A stretch of 63,952 nt of DNA, filler included, from Octopus bimaculoides (Eukaryota), in the NCBI RefSeq assembly GCF_001194135.2. It is 5 parts of 5 records of this genome, joined end to end, with 100 filler letters (N's around TTAATTAATTAA, not from the genome) between each part and the next. Parts side by side here need not be neighbours in the genome. Positions count along the whole stretch, not along the records: positions 30,586 to 45,126 come from NC_069001.1; positions 45,227 to 62,418 come from NC_069003.1; 3 more parts are not named here. One strand, 5' to 3'. Below, one piece after another: positions 37,751-51,000 of this stretch. How positions within the stretch are numbered: position 1 is the first letter of the stretch; every line of letters starts with the position of its first letter. A program made the position numbers and the translations under genes. The notes below the pieces were generated by a model. That model was given only the letters and a program-made list of their open reading frames with translations, had not been told where the DNA came from and ran no database searches.

Positions 37751-38889
37751 TCAACGACTATTTAATTATTCTTTGATATCAAACAATAATTACTATAATC
37801 GTAGAAGCGGAAACAGCANNNNNNNNNNGAGTGTCTCTCAGTGGTCGCCCAACCTGTAGAAATACCAGTTAAATGTCCCTCAAATCATTCCCTACGGGCT
37901 GCACCATAATAAAATAGACAAGACTATTTGGCCAGGGATGGAATGTCTTTAAGCATGAAACTGTTCAGTCAGAGCCAACTTAGGGCTAAACTAGCGCAAC
38001 CCGAACAGCCGTCTCGATGGCGTAGATAGCCTTCAACTAGGGTCATCCAAAGAACTCCAAAGGCCCAAGATCACCCTGACCAGCGAGGCACGAGCCTACT
38101 GTTGTTCGCTAAATCCACTGGCGCATGCTTACAGCCGTTCCATTCATTTTTGTCACAGTCACTTTTTCATAAATTCACTGGAGGACAACACTTCCTCCTC
38201 CACCTTTACTTTTCTATCCACTAGAACTTGAGAGCTTGATCGAAGACGAAAATGTCTACCCTCAATCTTTTCAACCTCGTCCACCACACGTTTTCTTAAG
38301 TGTTTGTACCTGTCTGTCTGTCTGCCTCTGTGTGTTTCTTTGGCTCTATCCTACTATCCGACTCTCCTCTTCCTCTCATTTCTCTCTCTCTTCTTTTCAT
38401 CTCTCACTTTTCTTTCCCCTCATCTCTCCCTCCCTCCTCATTTTCCTTCCACTCTCTCATTTCCTTCTACCACTCTTTCTAATCTCCCTTTCTCTCATTC
38501 TTTTCTGTCTTTCCTTCTTTCTCTATTTCATCTCTCTTTTCTTCTCATCCTCCCCTCTCCCCTCTCTCTGCCTCTCTCTCATCTCTCCACCTCTCTATTT
38601 CAACTGCTATTTAATTATTCTCTGATATCAAACAATAATCACTGTAATTGTAGAAGCGGAAATAACAAACGCAGGAGACCTCTCAGAGGTCTCTCAATCT
38701 GCAGAAATACCAGCTAAATATCCCTCAACTCATACGTACAATTTTTTCTTGAAAAAGGAAGGATAAAACCACCAGACAGAGGAAAATTGCTTTATCAAAG
38801 AAGGGCGATGGGGAGATCTTCACGATGGACTGAAGAAATACCAGCTAAATGACCCTCAAATCATTAAGGACATTACCTCACTAGACAGA

Positions 38890-39350
38890 GAAAAATTGCT
38901 TGACCAGCCTTATTAATGAAGGAGAGGATTGTGGCTGGAGAGGATTGCTGGCGGAAGGTCATATGTGTGGCAACGAGGTTCGGCTCCTCGCCATACTTTC
39001 GGAAAGAGTGAGAAGAGGCTGTCAAAGAATTTTTACGAGTTCATCAGTCGCAATTTCTGGACTCATAATCTCCAGCCATTGTAACCCCATGGGGCACGGT
39101 TGAGGAAGACACCAATCGCTCAGCCTGCAACACCAAGGCCGGGCTGCGAGCCAAGACCGAGGAGGTGTTGGGAGATCTTCGCAGGGTCATACTGAGGAGC
39201 GCATGTGCAGGTTCCGAAACCGTCTTAAGGTCGTGGTGGAAGCAGAGGACAATTACTTTGAGTAAACTCTGATCTCCAAGCCATCATTCAGTTGATATTT
39301 TTTGATATTGTAATTGTCCCTGGGTGGGATATTGTGTTTTCTTTTGCTTT
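38890..39350 (+). mobile_element. Tc1/mariner-superfamily (maT-like) transposase C-terminal fragment
   Basis: WQRGSAPRHT...WGTVEEDTNRSACNTKAGLRAK...LRSACA/RFRNRLKVVVEAEDNYFE*. Confidence 0.75.
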
Positions 39351-39500
39351 TATGCAAACTGTCGAATTTAGCTCGAACACCTTGCATTTTATCGATCCCG
39401 AAAGGATGAAAGGCAACGGAATCTGAACTCAAAACATAACGATCCAGGAGAAATACTGCAAAGCATTTTTTTTCGATGCTCTGAGTTTGCCATTTCGCTG
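39290..39500 (-). mobile_element. SINE (family B), partial
   Basis: ttttatcgatcccgaaaggatgaaaggcaac...gaactcaaaac. Confidence 0.65.
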
Positions 39501-39507
39501 ATGATGA

Positions 39508-39541
<34 letters not shown>

Positions 39542-39629
39542 GGTGGAAGTGGTGATGATGATGATGATGGCGGCCGTGACGGCAACGACTGCTATTGCTG
39601 CTACTACTACTACTACCACCACCACCACC

Positions 39630-39663
<34 letters not shown>

Positions 39664-42379
39664 TGTTGATGATAATGGCGATGATGATGACGATGATGAT
39701 GAAGAGAATGGGTAGGATTATGATAATCGCTGTGGCGTTGTTAAGTTTCGCCTCTCATCTCTTTTCATGAAAAGAACAAAGATTTTGCAAAAAAACAAAA
39801 GACAGAAAAATGAAAATCTTCAAAGGGAANNNNNNNNNNNNNNNNNNNNNNNNNNNNNNNNNNNNNNNNNNNNNNNNNNNNNNNNNNNNNNNNNNNNNNN
39901 NNNNNNNNNNNNNNNNNNNNNNNNNNNNNNNNNNNNNNNNNNNNNNNNNNNNNNNNNNNNNNNNNNNNNNNNNNNNNNNNNNNNNNNNNNNNNNNNNNNN
40001 NNNNNNNNNNNNNNNNNNNNNNNNNNNNNNNNNNNNNNNNNNNNNNNNNNNNNNNNNNNNNNNNNNNNNNNNNNNNNNNNNNNNNNNNNNNNNNNNNNNN
40101 NNNNNNNNNNNNNNNNNNNNNNNNNNNNNNNNNNNNNNNNNNNNNNNNNNNNNNNNNNNNNNNNNNNNATCACTACCACCACCATCACCACCACTACTAC
40201 AACCACCACCACTACAACCACCACCGCCACCACCACTGCCCCCCCCCACCACCACCACCACCACTACTTCAGCTACAACAACTGATACAGCAACAACAAC
40301 AACAACAACAGCAACCACAACAATAAATAAAAAAAGAAGCAATAACCACATCGAACACAAAAACAACATCAAACAACAACAAAAAAAAGCTATAACAACG
40401 AAAGCAGCACCACCATCATCATCACCACCACCAACAACAGCAACATCAACTTCTGCAACAACAATAACAATAAAAACAACAATAATTTCGTACCAAGAGT
40501 GCCCCTAGGTCAGTGGTTCTTAACCATTTTTTGACCTATGGAACCTAAGATAAAAGATAATACCATTACTTTCTACTTGTTTCAGTCATTGGACTGCGAG
40601 TTCGAAGGATTAACAGAATTAATATGGCAGCCTCACACGATGATTCTAATTAAGACTAAATCTATTGACAGGACAATGGTTAAGTAAACAAAACAAAGGC
40701 AACGGGTGAAGAGCAAACGGAATGTTTCTTTATGAGTTGATAATCAAAAGTGTTGATAGTTAAGGCGATGTTTCGTTGACAGTGTAGTGCTAATAACACC
40801 GTTTTCGGCGATATTCGGGTCTGTCAGTAAAACAGCTTTGTGACTCGTTCGTTGCTGTGAAGAGGGGTAGGGAGCACGAGCTTAAGATCCATTCAGCACT
40901 TACGAAACATTTCCATTAAATTATATCGTGGGTAATTAAGCGATGGCAGAAGAATACGCTAAAGAAAGATTTTAATGATTTTCAGGTGAACTTTGAAGTG
41001 AAGTGAAGTGATGTGAAGTTGGTGTTGGTGATGTTGGTGGTGACGACAATGCTGATGCTAGTGGCGTTGTTGTACTGTTGATGCTGTTGGTACAATCTGT
41101 TAAGTTAATGGTAATGTTATTTAGATCTGGTACAATGAATGTAGTCATAGCGGTGTTGGTGGTGGTAGTGGCAGCGGTGCTGGGGTGGTGGCAGTGGTGC
41201 TGGTGCTAGATATAGTGGTGGTCTCATGATGGCTTCCACGATAGTGGTGATGTCGACATCACTGGATTAACTATTAATCAAAATAAGCACGTACTTAGAG
41301 CATCAAGGGAGTGGGGGGGGACACACCACATAAATGGTAAATGGTTTGCGGCACAAAAGAAATCACTTTAAACTTGCTAAAGAAGTATTCGAAGTGGTCT
41401 GTGTGATTGGAAATATTATTTCGAAGCGTTCCTAGTGAGGATCTGATCAAAGACTTTGCAATTAAAAAAGGCTGCTATCTCAAACAAGTGGACACGATGG
41501 ATACAAATGTGATGGTGATGGTGGTGAGGGCGGTGATGACTACTATAGATGTGATGGTTGTGGTGGTGGTGGTGTTTGCTACAGCGGCAGCGGCGGTGTT
41601 AGTGGTGTTAGTGTAATGCTGGTGTTGATGATGCTGCTTTGTTTGTAGTGATGGTGAAAAAAACGGCAGCCGGAAATTTTTGATTTTTAAACTTTAAAAC
41701 TTTTTGAAAATACGATCTGGATTAGAACCAGTGAATACTTATACACAAATTTTTAATCTTAAATTATTTCTTTGTTATAGTGGTATGGATAAAAAATATA
41801 TCAGTACAGAATGGAGTATTCCCATAAGCTATTATTTGCATGATTAAGTAAAAGCTCACCTGTCAATCCTTTTAATTTCTTATTTAACCCTCTTGTACTT
41901 TGAGCTGCATGTTTTCATTTTGTCACTTCTTCATCGATACTCAACAAACACTGAACTTTTTACCAACTGAACTATCACCATGGAGTGCCTTACTGGATTT
42001 TACCTCGAGAAAGGAATCCCGAGGAAGAAAATGTTTTTATACAGTGAGCTGAATTTGGACTATTTCCTACAACCCCTAAAACTTTTTCTGAAACGGCCAC
42101 AGGTTTGGACTAATACTTTCAATCACCTCTTTTAATTTATTTTTTTACCTTCATGATACCCTTATATATTTTAGGTTTTTAATTCTTATGTTTATATTCT
42201 TATATTTCATTTTTATGTTTATATTTTTATATTCTTATAATCAAACTCTTAATATAAATATGTGGATATTCAAATGGAATAATACCTCGTGTCTTACTTC
42301 TAAATTTGCTTGTCTGAATGTTTTAAGACAAATATCTGAAATTTTTATCGTATACCAAATTTTATAAATCTTTAGCTCA

Positions 42380-42910
42380 AGCCAAGCCAGGTCAGGCCAA
42401 GTCGATCCACACCTGGCCTGATCAAGCCAATCCAAGCCAAGTCCACCAACGTAGGGGAGAAGAGAAACGCAGAGGACATAGCGGACAGGCTATGGAGCAG
42501 GACGCGCAGTGAATTGTTTAGGAAAACTCGTCTCCCGCCTGAGTCGGGTTTGATACCCCCCACACCCGCCTCTCGGGACCACTTCTAAAGCAAGAGAGTG
42601 GTCGTCATGGAGGGGGACCTTGAGCCAAGTCCGGCGGAAGCTGGGAGCCCTTAACTACCAGAGTGTCTGTCGGGTAGGTCAGAATGAACCGGCCCTGTCC
42701 ACTTCTAATGTAAGTCAGCGTCGGACACAACATGCGACTTCTGACGCTGACTGTACCGCGTGGAGGAGATGGTCCGTTGTCCTCCATGGGGGGAAGGTCG
42801 CAGGGCGGCCGAGCGTGGGGAGGTCACACGCCCAGCCTGACCAGCGGACCCTGTCCCTGATCCGCAGGCCACCAGTTTTACGGTGCCTGGCTGCCGTATG
42901 CTTGTGGACT
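42380..42910 (+). mobile_element. GC-rich LINE-like remnant (weak)
   Basis: A GC-rich block with a decayed zinc-knuckle-like reading (DTTCDF*...EEMV-RCPPW) and aagcc-type repeats resembling those at 60780. Confidence 0.25.
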
Positions 42911-43556
42911 TACTATTTTCCATATTTATCTACTTAGCGGCAATTTCCATGAGCATATGGCTGAAACGATGAAGTTGAACTTAAAGGATATCTGTGTGGG
43001 TGTGTGGGTGGGTGTGTGTGTGTGTGTGTCTGTCTCTGTCTCTGTCTCTGTCTATCTATTTAGGACCTATCTATATGTAAACCTAACTCTCGTCCGTCTA
43101 TAAATGTATCTCATCATACACAGTCACACACATACATTTGTAATTTTAATATCTATTCATTTACTTCTGTGTCCCGAAAAGCCATTTCTCACGCGTTTAC
43201 CATTTCATTGTTAAACTATACAATGCAAAAGGAAACTGTAACTGCTCCAGCATGGCCGACACTGCCATTGGGAGACAAAACCTTTCTTCGACCCCAACGT
43301 CCGTTCTTCAAATGGCTGTCCTCTCTCCTTCTTATCTATTTGTCTTATTTGTGTGTATGCGTATACATACATACATACCTGAAGCTGTCGTCTGCATGAA
43401 TCATTTGAGTTACAGTTCTGATTTCGTTTGTAGTGTCACGTAACTCGTTAATGGAGAAATACCTGCTTGACAGCTTACACACAGACACATACACACACAC
43501 ATTTCTTTCACCTAAGATGCCGTAAACAATGGTGGCTCTGTGTTTGCGTGTGTATT

Positions 43557-43613
<57 letters not shown>

Positions 43614-44074
43614 ACGTGTGTATGTATGTATGTATGCGCGGGTCTACAACAAAAATACGTATATCATTATTTACCCTACATTTTTAAGTCTGTAAGTTGA
43701 TGGGAAGCGAGACATAAAGAGCGTAAAAGGCCCTATATTGTACTCTGTGTGTGTGTGTGTGTGCGTGTGCGCGCGCGCGTATATAGATACATACTTACAT
43801 GCACACACATACATGCACATACATATGTATATATTATGAAATTTATTTTGAATTGTACTTTGCGTTCTGCCTGATCGCTTTCTCACCTAGCCGGATGATA
43901 TATATATATACGTGTGTGTGTGTGTGCGTGCGTGCGTGTGCGTGTAGAGGGTGTTCGGATTAAATTTGGCAGTTTGTAGTAAAGGGGAAACACAACACCA
44001 TATCCCACCCCAAAATAAAAGCATTTTTAAAAATTAAAGAAAAAAATATTCAACTGTGTCATGGCTAGGAAATA

Positions 44075-44300
44075 ACATTTTACTCAAAGTAACTGCTCCT
44101 GGCTTCCAGCACGGCCTCAACGCTGCTCTGGAATCTGGCGCATGAGCTCCTCACTATGTCCCGGGAAAGATCTTCAAACACCTCCTTCATCTTGACCACC
44201 AGCTCGGACTTAGTGTTGCAGGCAGAGCGCTGTTGTCCCACATCATGAAAATTGTTCAAACTGAAGTCCTTTTTGAGCTACACTTTTTTTCCATTCGAGT
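44075..44300 (-). mobile_element. maT/Tc1-like transposase C-terminal fragment (same family as 38.9 kb)
   Basis: RSACNTKSELVVKMKEVFEDLSRDIVRSSCARFQSSVEAVLEARSSYFE*. Confidence 0.75.
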
Positions 44301-44559
44301 CATTACAGAAAGGATTTATGGAATTTTGATATACTGTCGGGTGACTTCTGCCCAACTCTGTATGTGTGTGTATATGTGTACCTGTGTGTGAGAGAGAGAG
44401 AAACGACGCAATAGCATAAGAAAACATTTGATTCGACTCTACTAAAAACAATAACAAACAGCAAAAATAGTAAATCTGAAAGGGATTCCTCTGGGATTCG
44501 AAACCCCAAATTCAAGCAACTGTGTAATTACACATTACAGTTTTTGCTGACGTCCCCCT

Positions 44560-44890
44560 TGGTTTGACCAATTGAATTTTGTTTTCGGAATATAAGCAAA
44601 CGACCAATGACGCTGTTGAACAATCAGCCGACCATGACATCAGAGCAACGAGTGACGTCAGAAGAAAGTCGGCCGAGCGGAACGCTGGATGGTTGTGAGA
44701 CAAAAACAAACGACCAAGATATTTGATAAACAAATGACTTCCACAGAAAATCAACCACGCAGAGCATTGAAGTACTAAAGATAAGTGACTAGAACGCTGA
44801 TAAACAAATGATGTACTCAGGCAGTCGGCCAACCAGAACCCTGGACCAAAGGCGGACAAAAGCAAGCGACGCTTTTAAGTAAGTAACCAA
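44560..44890 (+). promoter_or_regulatory. CpG-rich promoter/enhancer-like island ending in a GTAAGT donor
   Basis: CCAAT boxes, TGACGTCA near 44654, two gataaacaaatga repeats and ttttaa|gtaagt near 44878. Confidence 0.35.
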
Positions 44891-44939
44891 TCAAGACTTA
44901 AACCTGTGTCTTAAAACTTATACAAGATGTCTCAAAAAT

Positions 44940-45126
44940 ATGTAGGCGTGGCAGTGTTGTAAGAAGCTTGCTTCCCAAGCACACGGTTCCAGGTTCAGTC
45001 CTACGGCGTGACATCTTTCGGCAAGTGTCTTCTACTATAGCCCCAGTCCGATCAAAACCCTGCGAGTGGATTTGGTAGACGGGAACTGAAAGAAGCCCAT
45101 CGCGTGCGTGTGTGTGTGTGTGTGTG
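44940..45126 (+). mobile_element. SINE (family A) 5' part
   Basis: ggcgtggcagtgttgtaagaagcttgc...ggttcagtcc...gagtggatttggtagacgggaactgaaagaagccc. Confidence 0.85.
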
Positions 45127-45170
45127 NNNNNNNNNNNNNNNNNNNNNNNNNNNNNNNNNNNNNNNNNNNN

Positions 45171-45182
45171 TTAATTAATTAA
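45171..45182. other. Artificial six-frame stop linker (assembly join)
   Basis: N44-TTAATTAATTAA-N44. Confidence 0.95.
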
Positions 45183-45226
45183 NNNNNNNNNNNNNNNNNN
45201 NNNNNNNNNNNNNNNNNNNNNNNNNN

Positions 45227-45490
45227 GCATAGCATTTGAAAGAGATCGAAAGAGGTGGAAATCCATTGGTGCCAAATCAGGAGAGTACGGTGGGTGTGGC
45301 AGCACTTCCCAGCCATGCATTTGAATGGCTTCCTTGGTCATATTGGCGATATGAGGGCGGGTGTTGTCGTGCAGCAGAAGAACTTCATGCTGCCAATTAG
45401 GTCTTTTCTCTTGAATAGCCGTGTTGAGTCGTTCCATCTGTTGAACATAGAGTTCCGTGTTGACCGTTTGGTTCTGTTCAAGCAATTCAT
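45227..45490 (-). mobile_element. Mariner transposase catalytic fragment (D34D spacing intact)
   Basis: LLHDNTRPHIANMTKEAIQMHGWEVLPHPPYSPDLAPMDFHLFRSL has 34 residues between the second and third Asp. Confidence 0.95.
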
Positions 45491-45766
45491 AATTCAGTCA
45501 AATGACTGAAACAAATAAAAGAATAAAAGAATATATTTGTCAATAGACTGTGTATATCAATCAAAGTGTACATATTATAGATCCATTGCAGCTGATCTTA
45601 CCAATTGGTTTTGCATTAGAGGTTCAACAGGATGTTAAATAACAGTCTTATTATGTAACTCTGTGCTCTTCAGAGTCAGCAGTTAAGGAAGAAAATATCA
45701 TACCATATAATATTGAACACTTCAATTAATATACACATATGCACACACACATACGCACACACACAT

Positions 45767-45799
<33 letters not shown>

Positions 45800-45939
45800 A
45801 TATGTGTTTGTATGCTTTATGTATATATGTGTATATAACATGTTTGTGTTACTGTCACCTTGCCTTGACACCACATGATAGTTGTAAATAAGTGTCAAGT
45901 GTCCTTTGTTTCCAGTCTTCCAATTATGAGGAAATATTA

Positions 45940-46066
45940 CCTTACTTGGGAAGCAGATGAGGGCTGGTGGAAGGAAATGTATCCAGCCATAAAAGTTCTG
46001 CATCAAGAAATTCCACCTGACCCATGCAAGCTTCGAAAAGAGGATGTTAAATGATGATGATAGTGG

Positions 46067-46122
<56 letters not shown>

Positions 46123-46135
46123 TTGATGATGGTGG

Positions 46136-46182
<47 letters not shown>

Positions 46183-46209
46183 TTGATGATGGGGATGATG
46201 ATGATGATA
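45940..46209 (+). mobile_element. RTE-type 3' end with a long (GAT)n tail
   Basis: aggaaatgtatccagccataaaa...ccatgcaagc...gatgttaaatgatgatgat. Confidence 0.7.
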
Positions 46210-46799
46210 TCCAAGCAGTATTGATGACTTAAATTAGCACAAGATCAACCAAATGTTTTAGAAAGAAGAACAGTATATGAAACATCATCCAGCCTCAGAA
46301 CATATCTTGTTTATCCTCTCCCCTGCTCCCCACCCCTCCCTAAAGGGACAGAAACAAGGCGTAATGGGAATTCAGAATGTAGCTCTTAACATCTGGCTGG
46401 AAATTTTCTGACAAAACTTCAGGCCTTTAATAATTCCAGAACAGAACCAAAATGAATGGTAGAGGAAGGGAGTTGAGCCATATAAGCTTTCTCCCTTTAT
46501 TTTCAGTCTTTTAGTCAGGAGAAAAGGGCAGGACCCATGACCTTTTCCAAGGTTGTTGAGTTTGCTGAGAGCGGCAGGGAGGTATCCTTAGACCAGAAGG
46601 GTGGTTAGCATGCTTGGAACAGGGTGGACTCTGCTAAAGGTACTCAAGGGCCAGATGGTAATGCTGAACTGGGCACCATATTACATTATTGAATTCCTTA
46701 CTTTCTTTGACATGAATGTAAATAAGGTTAGTATGATTTATGTTATATCAAATATTTCATGAACTGCTGGTTGTTGCAGTAACATAGGGTACTGTGTCA

Positions 46800-46836
<37 letters not shown>

Positions 46837-47537
46837 ATATATAATATACATATGTATGTAAATATATATATGTATGTATAAATATGTATATGTCTGTATA
46901 TATGTTTATCTATACATTTATGTACACACACACACACATATATATATATACACACACACATATGTATGTACATATATACATTTATATCTACACACACATA
47001 CATACATACATATATCACCATAAAGGCAGGGTGGTCACAGCTGGAATGCCAATGATCATATGTCTGCTTAGTCAGCACTGACTGACTAAACAACAACCAT
47101 AACAACAACAAGAACAGTTACATCACCACCACCACCACCACCACCACCACCACCACCACCATCACCACCACCACCACCACTATACAGTGACAATGGTTTA
47201 ATCTTCCAATCAATAATTGAAGTTGTTGAGTAATAAAGGGATTAACTAATTAGTGTAAGCTGATTAGGCTATAGTAAAGGGGTAGGGGTGGGAAGGTGTT
47301 AGGCATTTTTAATTCAGTTAGTTGAGTAAACAGAGAAGTAATTAATTTAAGCAACAGCAACTGCTACTACTACTACTACAATTGCTGCTGCTGCTGCTAC
47401 CGCTACTACTGTAACAATATTAACTACAACTGTGGCAACAACTTTGACAACTGCTACTACTACTATTATTACCACTACAACCACAACCATAACTAGCGGC
47501 AGCAGCAGCTCCACCACCACCACCACTGCAATTGCTA

Positions 47538-47582
<45 letters not shown>

Positions 47583-47625
47583 AGCCTCTACTACTACTAC
47601 TACATATTCTACTGCTATACATCCT

Positions 47626-47676
<51 letters not shown>

Positions 47677-48449
47677 TATCCTCTACTACTACTACTACTA
47701 CTACAACTGTAACACAAGTAACAACAATTATAACAGAAATTAAACAATAACAACATCAACATCAACTACAACAATAACACTGACCATGGCTATGGTTGGT
47801 CAAAGGCACTCCAGCCTTGACCATCCATCCTGCCTTTTCCAAGGTATCTATGATTATATTATTTCATGTTCTTAGTAAAATGTGATTTGAATGGCAGTGA
47901 TTTGACTGTTATTTCTAGCATGTGGTGTAACCATTTATAGGCTTTATTATTGATTGTTTGTCAGAATAGATTGTCAGCCAATCAGCACAGCTATTGATGG
48001 CTAGAAGTATTAGTATCAATTCATTCTGTGCTCTTGAAGGCATTGGGCAACAAGTTGATACCACCGGTTTCTCTCAGTTGCATTTTTCACCTTATCTGGT
48101 AGTTGTAACATTGCCTGGTATCATCAACAGATGCCAAATATATCGCCAACATTACCTGTCATGTGACAAGTAATAGTTTGGTTACCTGTCGTGTGACAAG
48201 TAAAACCAATAAGATCATAGGTAAAGTATGTTTCCAAAATTACATGTCAAATGACAAATAATAGTTTAGTTACCTGTCATGTGGCAGGTAAGTCCGATAA
48301 GACTGGAGTTATCTCCCTTTGGGAGAAAACGATGGCAACACTGCTGACTATATTAACAGATTAAAATTCTGTCGGGTGAAACCAATAAGATCAGAGTCAT
48401 GTCCTTTTGGGTGATGGACAAATAGAGAAAGATGGAGACATACTGCCAA

Positions 48450-48670
48450 CTATACTAGTTTCAAATTTTGGCACAAGGCCAGCAGTTTGGTGGGGTCCAA
48501 GTTGATTAAATCGACCCCAGTGCTCAACTGGTGCTTATTTTATTGACCTCAAAAGGATGAAAGGCAAAGTCAACCTCGGTGGAATTTGAATTCAGAACAT
48601 AGAGACAGACAAAATGTTGCTAAGCATTTTGCCCAGTGTGTTAACGACTCTGCCAGTTTGCCACCTTAAC
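48450..48670 (-). mobile_element. SINE (family B), CpG-decayed
   Basis: tcgaccccagtgctcaactggtgcttattttattgacctcaaaaggatgaaaggc. Confidence 0.85.
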
Positions 48671-49534
48671 ACTGCCAACTGTATTAACAGATTAAAATTC
48701 GGACAAGCCTGGTTAAAAAAATTTGCCATCACTATTCTAAGCAGATCAAACAGAAAGTCATTAAAATTATAGGTTTTAGGGGTCATTTGGGGACTTTTTA
48801 TGCCCTACTATACCAAACCACCTCATTGCATGGTGGTAGAGATCAGCATTATGCTACATCTAAAAAGCATTCATGGAAGATTCTCAGCCACAGGCTTTTC
48901 TTTGACAAGATGTGACAGACAACATTATCAGTTGATTGAATTGGTCCCAATACTTGAATGGCATAAAAATGAGTCATTCATTGATTCTTAAACATACTCT
49001 TGAAAATTTTCTGCACCAAAAGCCCAATCCGCTAATGATTCTATAACAGAAAGGAATGATAGCAGGAATTAGAGCTTTTCTCCCTTGCATTGGAGGGTCC
49101 CTTATTTCCTTCAAAATGAATGTAAGCAAGGTGAGTATAATTCTTGTGATACCATGTGTTTCATGAGTTGCTGACTGTACTGTATCATATAAGAAGTCAG
49201 CAGTTAAGAGAGCTGAATCAGTTTCCAATGTCTTTGCTATGGAATCTCAGCTGCAAACCAATTTCACTTGAAAGCTGAGTTTTCTTGGCTTCTTTCTTGA
49301 GATCCTGATGAAAGTCAAAAGCCTTGATGCTTGTAGACATGGCACATGTCATCAAATATTTAACTCTTTTGTCAAAGAGTTAAATATCTGTAGGACTTTA
49401 TGAAGTACAAAACAGGTTGAAAAGGGAAATAATAGTGATACATTTGTATGTCATTGGATTTAAGTGACACAACTTGTACAACATTTTTGCCACTCACTCG
49501 GTCACCATTGCAAGCATTGCTGGATGACTGGTAC

Positions 49535-49559
<25 letters not shown>

Positions 49560-49565
<6 letters not shown>

Positions 49566-49930
49566 ATACTTTTACTTGTTTCAGTCATTAGACTGTGGCC
49601 ATGCTGGAGCACTGCCTTGAAGAACTTTTAGTAGAATGAATTGACCCTAGTAATTTTTATTTTTTAAGCCTGGTATTTATTCTATTGGTCACTTTTGCTG
49701 AATTGCTAAGTTAAAAGGACATAAACACACTGACACTAGTTGTCAAGCAGTGATGGTGGGACAAACACAGACACAAAAACACACAGTTTCTGTCTACTAA
49801 ATCCACTCACAAGGCTTTGTTGGGCCAAGGCTATAGCAGAAGACATATGCCTAAGATGCCATACAGTGAGAATGAACCTGGAACCATGTGCTTGGGAAGC
49901 AAACTTCTTATCACTCAGCCACGCCTGTGC
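49560..49930 (-). mobile_element. SINE (family A), CpG-decayed
   Basis: ttacttgtttcagtcattagactgtggccatgctggagcactgcc...aatccactcacaaggc. Confidence 0.85.
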
Positions 49931-50261
49931 CTATATAATGTGCCTATAATGAAGAATCTAGAAAAATCTTTTTCATTGTTATGAAGCTAATGTTTGGAAC
50001 ATAAGTTTACATGAAATTTTGATGGAAAATTTTTATTTTGATCACTTTAAAACAGGAAGTTTGTATTATAGAACCAGAAATGCTTTAAGCGGGAGGTCAG
50101 TATTAAAAAGGATAAAAACTAAATTATATAATCTGATACATTTTATTTTCTTTAAATAGAAAGTGCACCAAGATATTCTTATTTAACTCTAAAGTCTGCT
50201 GTGAGTAAAGCAATTTTAGGAATCATTATTTGTCTTACAAGAAATAGAAACTAAATTTTGT

Positions 50262-50980
50262 TTAATCCTGTAGCATTCAGATTACTCTGCCAAATGTAAT
50301 GATTATTTATTCACATTGTTTTGAATTAACCATGCATTATCTCATAGCTTCAATATTTTGATGATGTTATTGTATATTTTTAGAATGACATTGTAGGGTA
50401 GATGTGAGAGGTTGGATCTGGCCAGTTTGGATATAAGACAAGTAGAATATTTGGGCCAGATATGACTAGTTTAAATGCTAAATGACCAAAGAGATGTTGC
50501 AATATATATATATAAGCAGCAAAAAGAATAATTCCCTATAACAAGGAGACCAAAAGGTTTGCACAAGTAAGAACATTGTCAAGAAAACTTCTTTTTAACC
50601 CTTTAGCATTTAGATTACTCTGTCAAATGTAATTCTTATTTATTCACATTGTTTTGAATTAGTCATGCATCATCTCATTGCATTAAGATTTTGATGATGT
50701 TATTGTATATTTTTAGGATGACATTGTAAGGTAGGTGTGAGAGGCTGAATCAGGCCAGTGTTAGCATAAGACAGGTGGAATATTTGAGCTGGAAACGGCC
50801 AGTTTAAATGCTAAAGGCTTATAGAGATGTTGCAATATATTAGTTGTAAAGAATATTTTCCCATAACAAGGAGACCAAAAGACTTGTAGAAATAAGAAAA
50901 TCCATCCACAGTCATCAAGAAAACTTCTTTAACTCATTAGCTTTCAGATTACTCTGTCAAATGTAACGCTTATTTATTCA
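50262..50980. repeat. Tandem array (about 333-bp unit, 2.2 copies) of a TTAA-type MITE plus spacer
   Basis: ttaa(t/c)cc...tagcatt(c/t)agattactctg starts at 50262, 50595 and 50929; the MITE ends in tttaaatgctaaa. Confidence 0.85.
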
Positions 50981-51000
50981 CCCCCTCCCCCCCAAGATTT

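Noticed and set aside
40903-40957. Possible - exon RILLPSLNYPRYNLMEMF (tttag|...|gtaagt)
   Set aside because: Good splice sites but no homology recognised and no compatible neighbours; left unresolved.
48780-49340. Exon candidates on both strands (ESLADWAFGAENFQ on -, KGMIAGIRAFLPCIGGSLISFKMNVSK on +)
   Set aside because: Mutually conflicting and unrecognised; cannot choose without RNA data.
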